This document shows positions 54,462-64,000 of a stretch of DNA of 64,000 nucleotides, one piece after another. The notes below the pieces were generated by a model. The model did not search any database. It had not been told where the DNA came from and saw only the letters and a program-made list of their open reading frames with translations. A program made the position numbers and the translations under genes. Every line of letters starts with the position of its first letter. The stretch's first letter is position 1. Origin of the DNA: an uncultured beta proteobacterium (GTDB lineage Bacteria; Pseudomonadota; Gammaproteobacteria; Burkholderiales; Casimicrobiaceae); assembly GCA_963773195.1 (NCBI GenBank), contig CAVZAE010000002.1:71821-135820 (forward strand). Direction: 5' to 3'.

Positions 54462-56274
54462 CTACGGCTTGCGCGCCTTCTCTGCGGCGATCCACTCCGT
54501 GACCTGGTCGTCGAGCACGTCGAGCGGCAGCGCGCCGTGGTCGATCACCGCGTTGTGGAAGCGGCGAAGGTCGAATGCCGGGCCGAGCTCCGCACGCGCT
54601 TTCGCGCGGAGCGCCTTGATCCTGAGTTCGCCGATCTTGTAGGCGGTGGCCTGTCCGGGCGTCACGATATAGCGGTCGACCTCGGCCACTGCGAACTCCG
54701 GCGTGAGCGCGGCGTTGTCGACAAGGTACGCGATCGCCCGCTCGCGCGTCCAGCCGAACGCGTGGAGACCCGTGTCGACGACGAGCCGTGCGGCGCGGTG
54801 CATCTCGGCCGCCAGGTTGCCGTATTTCGAATACGGATCGCGTAGAAGCCCATTTCGTGGCCCAGGCTCTCGGCATAGAGCGCCCAGCCTTCCGAGAACG
54901 CGACGAAGAAGCCGTTGCGCCGGAAGGGCGGCAGCTCCGCGAGCTCCTGCGCGCGCGCGATTTGCAGGTGGTGCCCGGGCACCGCTTCGTGCAGCACCAG
55001 CGTCTCCATGCTCCACTTCGGGCGGCGCGAAAGCGAGTTGACGTTCGCCTCGAAATAGCCGGCGCGCCCGGCCTCGGCGAACCGCGCACGTAGTGCTCGG
55101 CGTTGTCGCCTTCCTCCGGACGCATGGCGCGAACGCCATAGGGCAGGCGCGGCAGCACGGCGAAGAAGCCTGGCAGCACCGCATCGGCCCGCTTCGCGAT
55201 GTCGCGGTAGCCCTCGAGCATGTCGTCGGCACGCGTGTAGAAGAACTGCGGGTCCTTGTTCAGGAAGATCTGGAACTCGGCGCGTGTGCCCTTGAACCCC
55301 GCGGCCGCGACCGTTTCGTCCATCGCCTTGCCGATACGCGCGACCTCGGCGAGCCCGAGATCGTGGATCTCGCGCGGCGAGAGCTTCGTCGTCGTGTAGA
55401 ACGCGAGCCGCGCCTCGTAGTAGCGACTACCCGCCGGCAGTGCCGAGGCCGCGATGTCGGTTGCCGCGACGGGCAGGTAGCGCTTGTCGTAGAACTCGCG
55501 CAGCTTGCGGAACGCCGGAACAACGGCCATCTCGATCGCGCGCCGTCCGGCGGCCGCCAGGCGCTCGCGCTCGGCAGCAGAAATGTCCGACGGAAACTTC
55601 TTGAACGGCGCGTACTCCGGACTTTGCGTCGGATCGGCGACGACCTGGGCGTCGAGCTGCGACGGGACGCGCGCGACGGCGATCTTGGCGGGCATCCAGC
55701 CGAGCTTCATCCCCAGTTCCATCCGCGCGATGAGCTGGTCGACCAGCGCTGGCACGGCGTGCAGGCGCGCGATGTACGCCTCGTAGTCGCGCACCGACCC
55801 GAACGTCGTTGCGTCGACGAGGCGGGGCAGTTCGAGGTGGACACCACCGAACTGCGTGACGGGTGACCAGAACTCACCCTGATTGCAGGAGAGCGGCGCG
55901 CAGAGGCGACCAAGCGCGACCGCCTGCTCGAGCTGGTAGCGCAGGACACGCAAGGACACCCGGTCCTCCGGCGCGAGCGCGCCGGCGTCGATCGCAAGCG
56001 CACGCTCGAGAAACCGCTCGCGCTGCGTTTTGCGCCGCTCCACCGCCTCCGCCGACTGGTCGGCGAGACGATCGCGGTAGCGAGGATCGCCGACATAGGT
56101 CGCAATCTCGGGATATTCGCTGAGGTTCCATTCCCAGACCTCACCGAACAGCGCGTGCGCGTCGCGCACCGGATCGGGTGTCGGCGTCGGCTGCGCGAGC
56201 GCCGTCGAGAGAAGAGTGCCGGTCATGAGGGCGACCAGGAGGATGAACGCGGCCAGCGCCGCATGGATTTGCAT
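54462..56274 (-). pseudogene. DUF885-family (M-like HExxH) protein with signal peptide, two frame switches (~55070-55090 and ~54838-54843)
   Basis: MQIHAALAAFILLVALMTGTLLSTALAQ...RAMRPEEGDNAEHY (frame of ORF 54052..56427). AGYFEANVNSLSRRPKWSMETLVLHEAVPGHHLQIARAQ...EGWALYAESLGHEMGFY (ORF 54662..55009). DPYSKYGNLAAEMHRAARLVVDTGLHAFGW...DVLDDQVTEWIAAEKARKP* (ORF 54462..55232). Confidence 0.8.
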
Positions 56275-56369
56275 GATCGATGGGAGCCGAGGTGATGCGC
56301 CCCGAAGCGCATCGAGGGAAAGACGCACGCGACGGAAAACCGCCGGCGCGGATGGTACTACGCTCGTCG

Positions 56370-57159
56370 CTATTCGTCGAGCAGCAGCTTCCGCCCGCGA
56401 CGCCGGGTCCTGCTTGTAGAACGACATGAACTGCTTGTAGACCTTCGAATACTCGTGCAGAAGCAGTGCGGGATCGGAGAAGAAAACCTGGAGAGGACGG
56501 CGAAGAACTCGGCCGGCGACTCGGCGGCATACGGGTCGATGGCCGTATGATCACCGCTCTCGACACGCGTGCGGAAATGCTCATAGGCCGCCGTCAGCGT
56601 CTTCTTCCAGATGTGCGGCGGCATCGTCGCGGGCAGCGGCGGGCACCCATTGGCCTCGCCGTTGCGCATGTCGAGCTTGTGCGCGAACTCGTGAACCACG
56701 AGGTTCATCCCGGCCGAGTCCCAGTCGGCTGAGGCCTCGACGTCGTACCACGACAGCACGACCGGGCCACCGGGCATGGATTCGCCGGCGAGCGGTCCTT
56801 CGTTGCGGTGGACAACACCCGCTTCGTCCTCCGTATTCCCACCCCGGAATGAATTCATCGGGATAGACGATGATGTTCTCCCAACCGTCGTAGTAGGCCA
56901 TGTCGAGGTTCAAGACGAGCACGCAGGCCTGAACGGCGATGATCACGCGCTGGAGTGGCGTCACCGCGTGGCCCCGCGCGCCGACGATCGATTTTGCGGA
57001 CAGGAAGAGGATGACCTTCGCGCGAAGGCGCGCAAGCTCCTCGTCCGTGTAGATCGCGACGAAAGGCAGCGACTCGAGCGCGTCCCGCCACAGCGCATCC
57101 GGAATCGCGGCGCTCCTGAGCACGCGCTTGCGGCGCCAGTTGCGCAGCGCCTCGAACAT
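56370..57159 (-). pseudogene. mtfA: MtfA-like (peptidase M90) zinc-dependent peptidase, at least two frame switches (~56830-56834, ~56488-56491); 3' end uncertain
   Basis: MFEALRNWRRKRVLRSAAIPDALWRDALESLPF...YDGWENIIVYPDEFIPGWEY (ORF 56581..57159). EDEAGVVHRNEGPLAGESMPGGPVVLSWYDV...NLVVHEFAHKLDM...AESPAEFFAVLS (ORF 56370..56858). EVFFSDPALLLHEYSKVYKQFMSFYKQDPA (frame of ORF 54052..56427). Confidence 0.75.
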
Positions 57160-57168
57160 GGCGGAGCG

Positions 57169-58506
57169 TCAACCGGAGCCGGGTTCGGAAGAGACTTCCG
57201 ACGGCTCGCTGTCGAAGAGATCGCCTGTCGCGTCGGTGATCAGCAGGCGCTCGGCCTCCTCCTCGGGCAGCGTCTCGACCTCGCGCAGCGTCCGCGCCAT
57301 CGCCCGCGTGCGCACGCCGGCCTTTTCGATGGACGTGCCCGCTTCATCGAGCTTCTTCTTGATGCCGGCCAGCACGTCGGCGAACCTTGAGAACTCGGTC
57401 TTGACGAGGGCGAGCGTCTTCCACACCTCGCTCGAGCGCTGCTCGATTGCAAGCGTCCGAAAACCCATTTGCAGGCTGTTCAGGAGCGCGAGGAAATCGT
57501 CGGGCCGGTGAGCGTGACCCGGAACTCGCGCTGCAGCTGGTCGGCGAAGCCCGGGCGCGACATCATCTCGGCGTAGAGGCCTTCCGTCGGCACGAACAGG
57601 ATCGCGAAGTCGGTCGTGTGCGGCGGCGCGACGTAGGCGTCGCGGATTGTCTTTGCCTGGATCCGCAGGAAGTCGGCGAGCGCCTTACGCGCGAGCGTCG
57701 GCCGCGGGCGCATCGGCGCGCTCGAGCGCATCCTGCAGCCGCTGCCAGTGCTCGAGCGGGAATTTGGCATCGATCGGCAGCCAGCACGGCGCGCCATCGG
57801 CACCGCGGCCGGGAAAGCGGATCGCGAACTCGACGCGCCGGTTGCTGCCGGGAACGGTTTCGACGTTCGCCTCGTACTGCTGCGGCGTCAGCACCTCGGA
57901 AAGGAGCATTCCGAGCTGCGTCTCGCCCCACGTGCCGCGCGTCTTGACGTTGGTCAGAACCCGCTTGAGATCACCGACGCCGGTGGCGAGCGTCTGCATC
58001 TCGCCCAGTCCCCGGTGCACCTGCTCCAGGCGGTCCGAGACGAGCTGGAAGGAATCACCGAGCCGTTTCTCGAGCGTCGTGGAGAGTTTTTCGTCGACGG
58101 TCGCCCGCATCTGCTCGAGTTTTTGCGTGTTGTCAGCGCGCAGCGCCTCGAGCTTCTGCTCGACGGTGGCCCGCACAGCCTCAAGCCGGCGCTCGTTCGA
58201 CTGCGTGAGCTGACCCAGCTGGTCGCCGAAGCGCGCGAGCGTCGCGCCGAGGTCGGAGCGCGCACTCTGCGTCGCCTGCGCCTGCTCGGCACGCCCATGC
58301 GCCAGATCCTGCCGCACGTCGCGCTCGAAGTCAGCCGCCTGCGCGGCCAGTATCTCCAGACGCGTCTTGAGATCAGCGGCCTCGCGCACCGCACCGTCGC
58401 GCGCCGCCACCAACGTCGAAAGGCGGGAGAGCGCGAGCGCGACGAGCCCGGCAATCGCAGCAAGCGCAACCACAACGACGATGATCAGGGGCGAACTCTC
58501 CGTCAT
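57169..58506 (-). pseudogene. rmuC: DNA recombination protein RmuC with a compensating pair of frame switches (~57685-57690 and ~57495-57500)
   Basis: ORF 57685..58506 (TM anchor, coiled coil, ...TRGTWGETQLGMLLSEVL...WLPIDAKFPLE...) stops at TAA. KALADFLRIQAKTIRDAYVAPPHTTDFAILFVPTEGLYAEMM...VTLTGPT follows in ORF 57480..57803. FLALLNSLQMGFRTLAIEQRSSEVWKTL... follows in ORF 57169..57468. The total span is 1338 nt (3n). Confidence 0.85.
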
Positions 58507-58519
58507 GAAGTCCAGTTTA

Positions 58520-59530
58520 CTATGGCTCCGAAAGCGCCAGCGCGGCGAACGAAGCGAGCCAGTGTGTGCCCGCGTAGTCGGCTCCGTCGAGCGCTGCTAC
58601 GCCGGCCGCCTGATGTAATGCGGCGGCCTCGCTCACCACCGCCGCGCGCGGATCGCCGGCGGCGAGCGCCGATGCAATTCCACGGAAGCACCACGCGCGC
58701 GCCAGGTTGAGGCCGTGGAGATGGACGATGTGCGGATCGCTCGCAGCGCTGACCGCGAGCGGTGTGAACAGCTGCAAGGGCTCCCGCCGCCCAATCCCGG
58801 GAAGGAATCGATCGAGCCACTGCCCGAACGCGTCGGCCGCGAACACCCGCCGCATCAGCTCGGCCTCGACGAGCGACGGCGAGAGAAAATCGAAGCCCGA
58901 CGGTTCCCACGCGGCGGGGGCATCGCGATCGTGCGCGAACCAGCTCCGGGCTCTGCCCTCGATCGCCATGGCCAGAGCGCTCTCGTCCGCGCCGCGGGCA
59001 TAGTCGAGCGCGAACAGCACGCCGAACGCGCTATTCGAATGCATCCCGTAGCGCACCGGGTAGTCGGCTTTCGGGAGCCAGCGCAGGTAGCGCTCGACGA
59101 ACGCGCGCGCGAGGGGTGCGAGTTGACGCGACCACCGGCGCGCGCGGGCGTCGTCGGAGCACGCGAGCTCGTCCGCGAGCTTCAGGAGCCATGTCCAGCC
59201 GTAGGGACGCTCGAACGTCTGCGCGTGCGGCCGCTCGAGGTAGGCGCATTCGGCCGCAATATTGGCGAGTGCCAGGTGGCGATCGAGCAGCGTGTCGATC
59301 TGCTCGCGCTCCGGCAGCGCCGGATGCAATCTCCGCACACGGACGAGCAGCCAGTGCATGTGCACGCAGGAGTGCCAGTCGTAGCTGCCGTAGAAGGCCG
59401 GGTGCAGCATCCGCGGCGGCAAGAGATCGGCATCACTGGCGGGCACGTGGTCGGCCTTGCCCGGATATTCGCGAACGACGTTCGCGAGCGCGATGGTGGC
59501 GAAGCGGGAAGCGAGGGTCGCGGACAGCAT
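58520..59530 (-). CDS. DUF2891-family protein
   Basis: MLSATLASRFATIALANVVREYPGKADHV...PAFYGSYDWHSCVHMHWLL...ERPYGWTWLLKL...YPVRYGMHSNSAFG. Start placed at the internal ATG (complement of 59528-59530). The track ATG at 59587 adds 19 Ser-rich residues. Confidence 0.8.
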   Translation of the reverse strand: MLSATLASRFATIALANVVREYPGKADHVPASDADLLPPRMLHPAFYGSYDWHSCVHMHWLLVRVRRLHPALPEREQIDTLLDRHLALANIAAECAYLERPHAQTFERPYGWTWLLKLADELACSDDARARRWSRQLAPLARAFVERYLRWLPKADYPVRYGMHSNSAFGVLFALDYARGADESALAMAIEGRARSWFAHDRDAPAAWEPSGFDFLSPSLVEAELMRRVFAADAFGQWLDRFLPGIGRREPLQLFTPLAVSAASDPHIVHLHGLNLARAWCFRGIASALAAGDPRAAVVSEAAALHQAAGVAALDGADYAGTHWLASFAALALSEP

Positions 59531-59680
59531 GCCTGGACGGGAGGAGGAACTCGTCGAATATTGGCACGAATCCGATCGCATCGACATCGACTGCGAGTTC
59601 GATGCGCTCGCCGGCGAGGCAGCGCATCATCGACGTCCCCGCGATCAAGCGCGCGAAGCTGCCCGCGCGCGCGCGGATTG

Positions 59681-60392
59681 CTAACCCTCGCGCGCGAGCA
59701 CGCGCCGGGCGACCTCGCGTCGCCGGCTCGAGCGACGTCAGCACGCGGAGCGGGGCCCGCGATGCCACCGCCGCGCCGTCGCGATCGAACCAGAAAGGAG
59801 TGATGCCGGCGGCGAGGGCGCCCTCGACGTCGTGCACGAGCGAGTCGCCGATCATCACCGCGCTTTCGGCCGAGCAATCGACGCGCTCCAGGGCGGTCCG
59901 GAAGATGCGCGGGTCCGGCTTGGAGGCTCCCACCTCCTCGGACGTCACGAGACTCGTGATATGCGGCGCGAATCCGAATGTCGCGAGCTTCTCGCGCTGC
60001 TCGGCTCGAGTGTTGTTGGTGACCACGCCAATTCGGGCGCGCGGCGACAGCGCTTCGATGAGCTCGAGCGCGCCGGCCACCCGCCGCCGGTTCCGGCGAT
60101 ACAGCGCGCGATGCAGCCGCGCCGCAAGCGCGGGTTGGGACGAGCCGTTGGCGCCCGCAAACGCGAACAAGCGACGGTAGCGCTCGATCCGCGCCTCGTT
60201 GATATCGACGCGGCCGAGCGCGACGGCGCGATGGAGCTCCTCGAGCAGGCGGGCACTTTCCGCAAGCAGGTCCTCGAGCGCGACCTGCCGCAATTCGGCG
60301 AAGCGCTCGCGCACGCCGCTGATTGCGGCGCGATTGGCGTGCCGGTGATCGACGAGCGTGTCGTCGAGGTCGAACAGGACGGCGCTGACCAT
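59681..60392 (-). CDS. HAD-superfamily hydrolase (subfamily IA-like); C-terminus probably affected by a frame switch near 59735
   Basis: MVSAVLFDLDDTLVDH (motif I)...IGVVTNN (motif II)...ASKPDPRIF...MIGDSLVHDVEGALAAG (motifs III/IV). Embedded in the artefactual 956-aa ORF 59433..62303. As written, the frame runs on to 59433, into DUF2891. An alternative frame ends ...EVARRVLAREG* at 59681. Confidence 0.7.
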
Positions 60393-60400
60393 GCCCGTCC

Positions 60401-62248
60401 CTACGCTGCCTCGCGGCTCGCCTTCTTCCTCTCGTGTTCCTTGAGAAAGCGCTTGCGGATCCGGATCGATGCGGGGGTCACTTCGACCAGCTCGTCGTCG
60501 GCGATGAACTCGACCGCGTACTCGAGGTTGAGCTCGATCGGCGGAACGAGGCGCACCGCTTCGTCGGTGCCTGACGCGCGAACGTTGGTGAGCTGCTTGC
60601 CCTTGATTGGATTGACCACGAGGTCGTTGTCGCGGCTGTGGATCCCGATGACCATCCCTTCGTAAAGCTTCTCGCCCGGCGACACGAACATCCGTCCGCG
60701 GTCCTGCAGCTTCCACAGCGCATAAGCGACCGCGTCGCCGTGTTCCTGCGAAATCAGCACGCCGTTGCGGCGTTCCGGGATCTCGCCCTTCAGCGGTGCA
60801 TAGCCATCGAACACGTGGCTCATGAGTCCCGTGCCGCGCGTAAGGTTCATGAATTCGCCCTGGAAACCGATCAGTCCGCGCGCCGGAATCCGGTATTCGA
60901 GACGCGCGCGTCCACGGCCGTCGGACTCCATGTTCGTCAGATCGCCGCGCCGCGGGCCCAGCGCTTCCATCACCGCGCCCTGGTGCTGCTCCTCGACGTC
61001 GACGGTCAGCGCTTCGAACGGCTCGGAGGTTACACCGTCGATCTCGCGGAGCACGACGCGCGGACGCGAAACCGCAAGCTCGTAGCCCTCGCGCCGCATG
61101 TTCTCGATCAGGATGGTGAGGTGGAGCTCGCCCCGGCCCGAGACGAGGAACGAATCGGTATCGCCCGTCTCCTCGACCCGCAGTGCGACGTTGGTCAGCA
61201 CTTCCTTGGCGAGACGATCGCGCAGGTTTCGCGAGGTCACGTACTTGCCTTCGCGGCCCGCGAGCGGCGACGTGTTGACCTGGAAGTACATCGAAAGCGT
61301 GGGCAGGTCGACGCTGATTGGCGGGAGCGCCTCCGGCGACTCGACCGACGCAAGCGTCGTTCCGATCGCGAGATCGTCGACGCCGGTGACGAGCACGATG
61401 TTGCCCGCTTCCGCCGCTTCGACGGGCACGCGTTCCATCCCGGAGAACGCGAACACCTGGCCGATCTTCGCTTTTGGAGGGACAACGCCATCTTCGGGCG
61501 GCCCATTCAGGATCGCGACCTCCTGTCCGGGCACGATGCGGCCACGCCGGATGCGTCCAATGCCGAGGCGGCCGACGTAGCTCGAGTAGTCGAGCGCGCT
61601 CACCTGGAACTGCAGCGGGCCGTCGGGATCGCCGACAGGCTCCGGGACGCGCGCGAGAATCGTTTCGAACAGCGGCTGCATCGACGCATCGGCCGGCGGC
61701 ACATGCGCCTTCGCGACCGTGACGTCCATCGTCGCCCAGCCGTTCAGTGCCGACGCGTAAACGACGGGGAAATCGAGCTGGTCCTCGGTTGCGCCCAGCT
61801 TGTCGAAGAGCTCGAAAGTCTGGTTGACGACCCACTCCGGCCGCGCGCCGGGGCGGTCGACCTTGTTGACAACGACGATCGGCGCGAGCCCCAGCTTGAG
61901 TGCCTTCAGCGTGACGAACCGCGTCTGGGGCATCGGCCCCTCGACCGCGTCGACCAGAAGCAGGACGCCGTCGACCATCCCCAGCACGCGTTCGACCTCG
62001 CCACCGAAGTCGGCGTGGCCGGGGGTGTCGACGATGTTGATCTGCGTGTCGTGATAGCGGATCGAGCAGTTCTTGGCCAGGATCGTGATCCCCCGCTCCC
62101 GCTCGAGGTCGTTCGAATCCATCATCCGCTCGCCGACGTGGACGTGCTTGGCGAAGGTGCCCGCCTGGACCAGCAGCTTGTCGACGAGCGTCGTCTTGCC
62201 GTGATCGACGTGGGCGATGATCGCGATGTTTCGAAGCGCGAGAGTCAT
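60401..62248 (-). CDS. typA: Translational GTPase TypA/BipA
   Basis: Internal ATG (complement of 62246-62248): [26 protein letters not shown]...[14 protein letters not shown]...NKVDR, 615 aa, uninterrupted. The 72-codon track extension was rejected. Confidence 0.96.
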   Translation of the reverse strand: MTLALRNIAIIAHVDHGKTTLVDKLLVQAGTFAKHVHVGERMMDSNDLERERGITILAKNCSIRYHDTQINIVDTPGHADFGGEVERVLGMVDGVLLLVDAVEGPMPQTRFVTLKALKLGLAPIVVVNKVDRPGARPEWVVNQTFELFDKLGATEDQLDFPVVYASALNGWATMDVTVAKAHVPPADASMQPLFETILARVPEPVGDPDGPLQFQVSALDYSSYVGRLGIGRIRRGRIVPGQEVAILNGPPEDGVVPPKAKIGQVFAFSGMERVPVEAAEAGNIVLVTGVDDLAIGTTLASVESPEALPPISVDLPTLSMYFQVNTSPLAGREGKYVTSRNLRDRLAKEVLTNVALRVEETGDTDSFLVSGRGELHLTILIENMRREGYELAVSRPRVVLREIDGVTSEPFEALTVDVEEQHQGAVMEALGPRRGDLTNMESDGRGRARLEYRIPARGLIGFQGEFMNLTRGTGLMSHVFDGYAPLKGEIPERRNGVLISQEHGDAVAYALWKLQDRGRMFVSPGEKLYEGMVIGIHSRDNDLVVNPIKGKQLTNVRASGTDEAVRLVPPIELNLEYAVEFIADDELVEVTPASIRIRKRFLKEHERKKASREAA

Positions 62249-62347
62249 GGGTTCGGGCCGGCGAACCGGGCGAATCGGCCGGGCATCGACGCCCAGGCAG
62301 CAAAACAGTGGATTATAGCCGGCCGGCCCGACTTTGGGCCAGAAAAT

Positions 62348-62376
62348 TTCGCAAAATCCGAAACTTAGACTATAAT
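62348..62376 (+). promoter_or_regulatory. Sigma-70-type promoter candidate for the DEAD-box helicase gene: TTCGCA-N17-TATAAT
   Basis: -35 TTCGCA at 62348-62353, a 17-nt AT-rich spacer, perfect -10 TATAAT at 62371-62376. It predicts a leader of about 150 nt before the ATG at 62531. Confidence 0.45.
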
Positions 62377-62530
62377 ATCTTCTCGAGCGGCCGTTCCGGT
62401 CTCCGCTCAGCAAAACGTGGGATGCACCCGCCCAACGGGGCGGGAGCTGCATCGCACGGTCCAACGGTGTTTTCCCCCCGCTGCCTGGACCGGAAATCCC
62501 GCAAGGGATGGGCCGCGACCAGGAGCTTTC

Positions 62531-64000
62531 ATGAATGCAACGAGCTTTGCGGAGCTCGGACTCGCGCCCGACTTGCTACGGGCCGTGACCGACTCCGGCT
62601 ACACCACGCCGACGCCGATCCAGTCCCAGGCGATCCCTGTCGTTCTCGCCGGCAAGGACGTCATGGGGGGCGCCCAAACCGGCACCGGCAAGACGGCCGC
62701 TTTCGCGCTGCCGATCCTGCAGAAGCTGATGCCGCTCGCCAACGCGAGCCCGTCCCCTGCACGGCACCCCGTGCGCGCGCTGATTCTCACGCCGACGCGC
62801 GAGCTGGCAGTCCAGGTCGAAGAGTCGTTCCGCACCTACGGCAAGCACACGAACCTGCGCTCGACCGTGGTCTTCGGCGGCGTCGACATCAAGCATCAGC
62901 TTCCGATCGTCCGCGGTGGCATCGAGATCCTCGTCGCTACTCCGGGGCGGTTGCTCGACCACATCGAACAGAAGAGCGTCCATCTCGGGCAGGTCGAGAT
63001 CTTCGTCCTCGACGAGGCCGACCGGATGCTCGACATGGGGTTCATCCCGGACATCAAGCGAATCATGGCGCTCCTGCCCTCGCGGGAGAAACGCCAGAAT
63101 CTGCTGTTTTCGGCCACCTTCTCCGGCGAGATCAAGAAGCTTGCCGATCAGCTCCTCAACGCTCCGCAGCTGATCGAGGTCGCGAAGCGCAACACAGCGG
63201 CCGAAACCGTGGCCCAGTACGCGTACAAGGTACCCGTCGACGCCAAGCGCGGTTTGCTCGAGCATCTGGTCCGCACCCGCAATCTGAACCAGGTTCTCTG
63301 CTTCGTGCGGACCAAGCACGGTACCGCGCGGCTCGCGCGACAGCTCGCGAAAGACGGCCTTGTCACCGATGCGATTCACGGCGACAAGACGCAGCAGGCG
63401 CGGATGGAGGCGCTGGCCGCGTTCAAGGAGGGCAAGCTGCAGGTGCTGGTCGCGACCGACGTCGCCGCACGCGGCCTCGATATCGACGACCTTCCGCTCG
63501 TCGTCAACTACGAGTTGCCGCACGTTCCCGAAGACTACATCCATCGCATTGGCCGCACCGGGCGCGCGGGCGCCTCGGGCGAAGCGATCTCGTTCGTGGC
63601 ACCGGACGAGGAGCGCTATCTCACCGAGATCGAGCGGCTGCTCAAGAAGAAGGTCGAGGTGGTCGCTGCCGACAGCTTCGATACCGCGGCCATTCGCCCG
63701 GAGCGTCGCGAACGCGCCCCGCGTGCGCAGCCGGCGGCACGTCCCGCTCGCGCTTCGCACGATGCTGCCAAGGCGAAGGGCGCCGCCGCCGAACGCGCGC
63801 CCCGCCATCGCGGCGAAGCGCCCTCGGGCCGTCCGCCGAGCGCCGACGCTCGGCACGCGGAGCGCGAGCGTGCGTACGCGCTCAACCCAGATCAGCCGAC
63901 GCCGGTGCGCCCGGCTCCGAGCCCGGCGCATCCGCATGGGCGCAAGCATTTCGGCCACGGCAAGCCGGTTCCCGCTCTCCTGATGAAGCGCAAGTCGGCC
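62531..64000 (+). CDS. rhlE: ATP-dependent DEAD-box RNA helicase (RhlE-like), 5' 490 codons; runs off the right window edge
   Basis: Absent from the ORF track (no stop in window). ATG at 62531 behind AGGAG. Hand translation [58 protein letters not shown]...PTRELA...[13 protein letters not shown]...SAT...[10 protein letters not shown], followed by a basic Arg/Ala/Pro-rich tail. Confidence 0.92.
   Translation, partial: MNATSFAELGLAPDLLRAVTDSGYTTPTPIQSQAIPVVLAGKDVMGGAQTGTGKTAAFALPILQKLMPLANASPSPARHPVRALILTPTRELAVQVEESFRTYGKHTNLRSTVVFGGVDIKHQLPIVRGGIEILVATPGRLLDHIEQKSVHLGQVEIFVLDEADRMLDMGFIPDIKRIMALLPSREKRQNLLFSATFSGEIKKLADQLLNAPQLIEVAKRNTAAETVAQYAYKVPVDAKRGLLEHLVRTRNLNQVLCFVRTKHGTARLARQLAKDGLVTDAIHGDKTQQARMEALAAFKEGKLQVLVATDVAARGLDIDDLPLVVNYELPHVPEDYIHRIGRTGRAGASGEAISFVAPDEERYLTEIERLLKKKVEVVAADSFDTAAIRPERRERAPRAQPAARPARASHDAAKAKGAAAERAPRHRGEAPSGRPPSADARHAERERAYALNPDQPTPVRPAPSPAHPHGRKHFGHGKPVPALLMKRKSA

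Noticed and set aside
59433-62303. 956-aa minus-strand ORF
   Set aside because: It is an out-of-frame read-through of typA fused to the HAD gene. Only the HAD part (from the ATG at 60392) has family-like sequence. typA itself lies in ORF 60401..62464.
62576-63958. 460-aa minus-strand ORF
   Set aside because: It is antisense to the DEAD-box helicase gene, which shows all the helicase motifs on the plus strand.

Overview
This is a very GC-rich bacterial chromosomal segment (by eye about two-thirds or more G+C, not computed). Protein families and local synteny (recA-recX-alaS; ribBA-ribH-nusB-thiL-pgpA; glyA-nrdR-ribD-ribE; pmbA / yjgA-mog; typA / rhlE) suggest a Betaproteobacterium, probably Burkholderiales; this is inference only. 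I can support about 58 protein-coding loci, most on the minus strand. I found no rRNA, tRNA, CRISPR array, IS element, integrase or prophage.

Gene blocks from left to right:
- comEC (5' part) and a LivK-like binding protein.
- A housekeeping string: alaS-recX-recA-cinA/pncC-GNAT-pgpA-thiL-nusB-ribH-ribBA.
- A TetR-controlled RND efflux operon.
- An aromatic / CoA-thioester catabolic island: arylformamidase-like hydrolase, FAH-family hydrolase, GST-zeta isomerase, glutaryl-CoA dehydrogenase, RidA, aryl-CoA ligase, acyl-CoA dehydrogenase, enoyl-CoA hydratase, MarR, and a 2-aminobenzoyl-CoA monooxygenase/reductase-like gene.
- A type IV pilus minor-pilin operon, fimT-pilE-fimU-pilV-pilW-pilX-pilY1, with a PilY1 of about 1,700 codons, followed by a TonB-like gene.
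- mmsA, then ribE-ribD-nrdR-glyA.
- A TRAP transporter, a 542-aa orphan protein, pmbA, yjgA-mog, an EamA transporter and an AidB-like dehydrogenase.
- DUF885, an MtfA-like peptidase, rmuC, DUF2891, HAD, typA and the 5' part of a DEAD-box helicase.

The main unusual signal is sequence integrity. About a dozen genes carry single-nucleotide frame switches. The aminobenzoyl-CoA monooxygenase gene alone switches frame at least 20 times (about 30 by hand count), yet every fragment still gives recognisable protein sequence. All long housekeeping genes are intact. From sequence alone I cannot tell whether this is real gene decay or unpolished assembly error. I found no convincing novel multi-gene system: no defence island and no mobile element.
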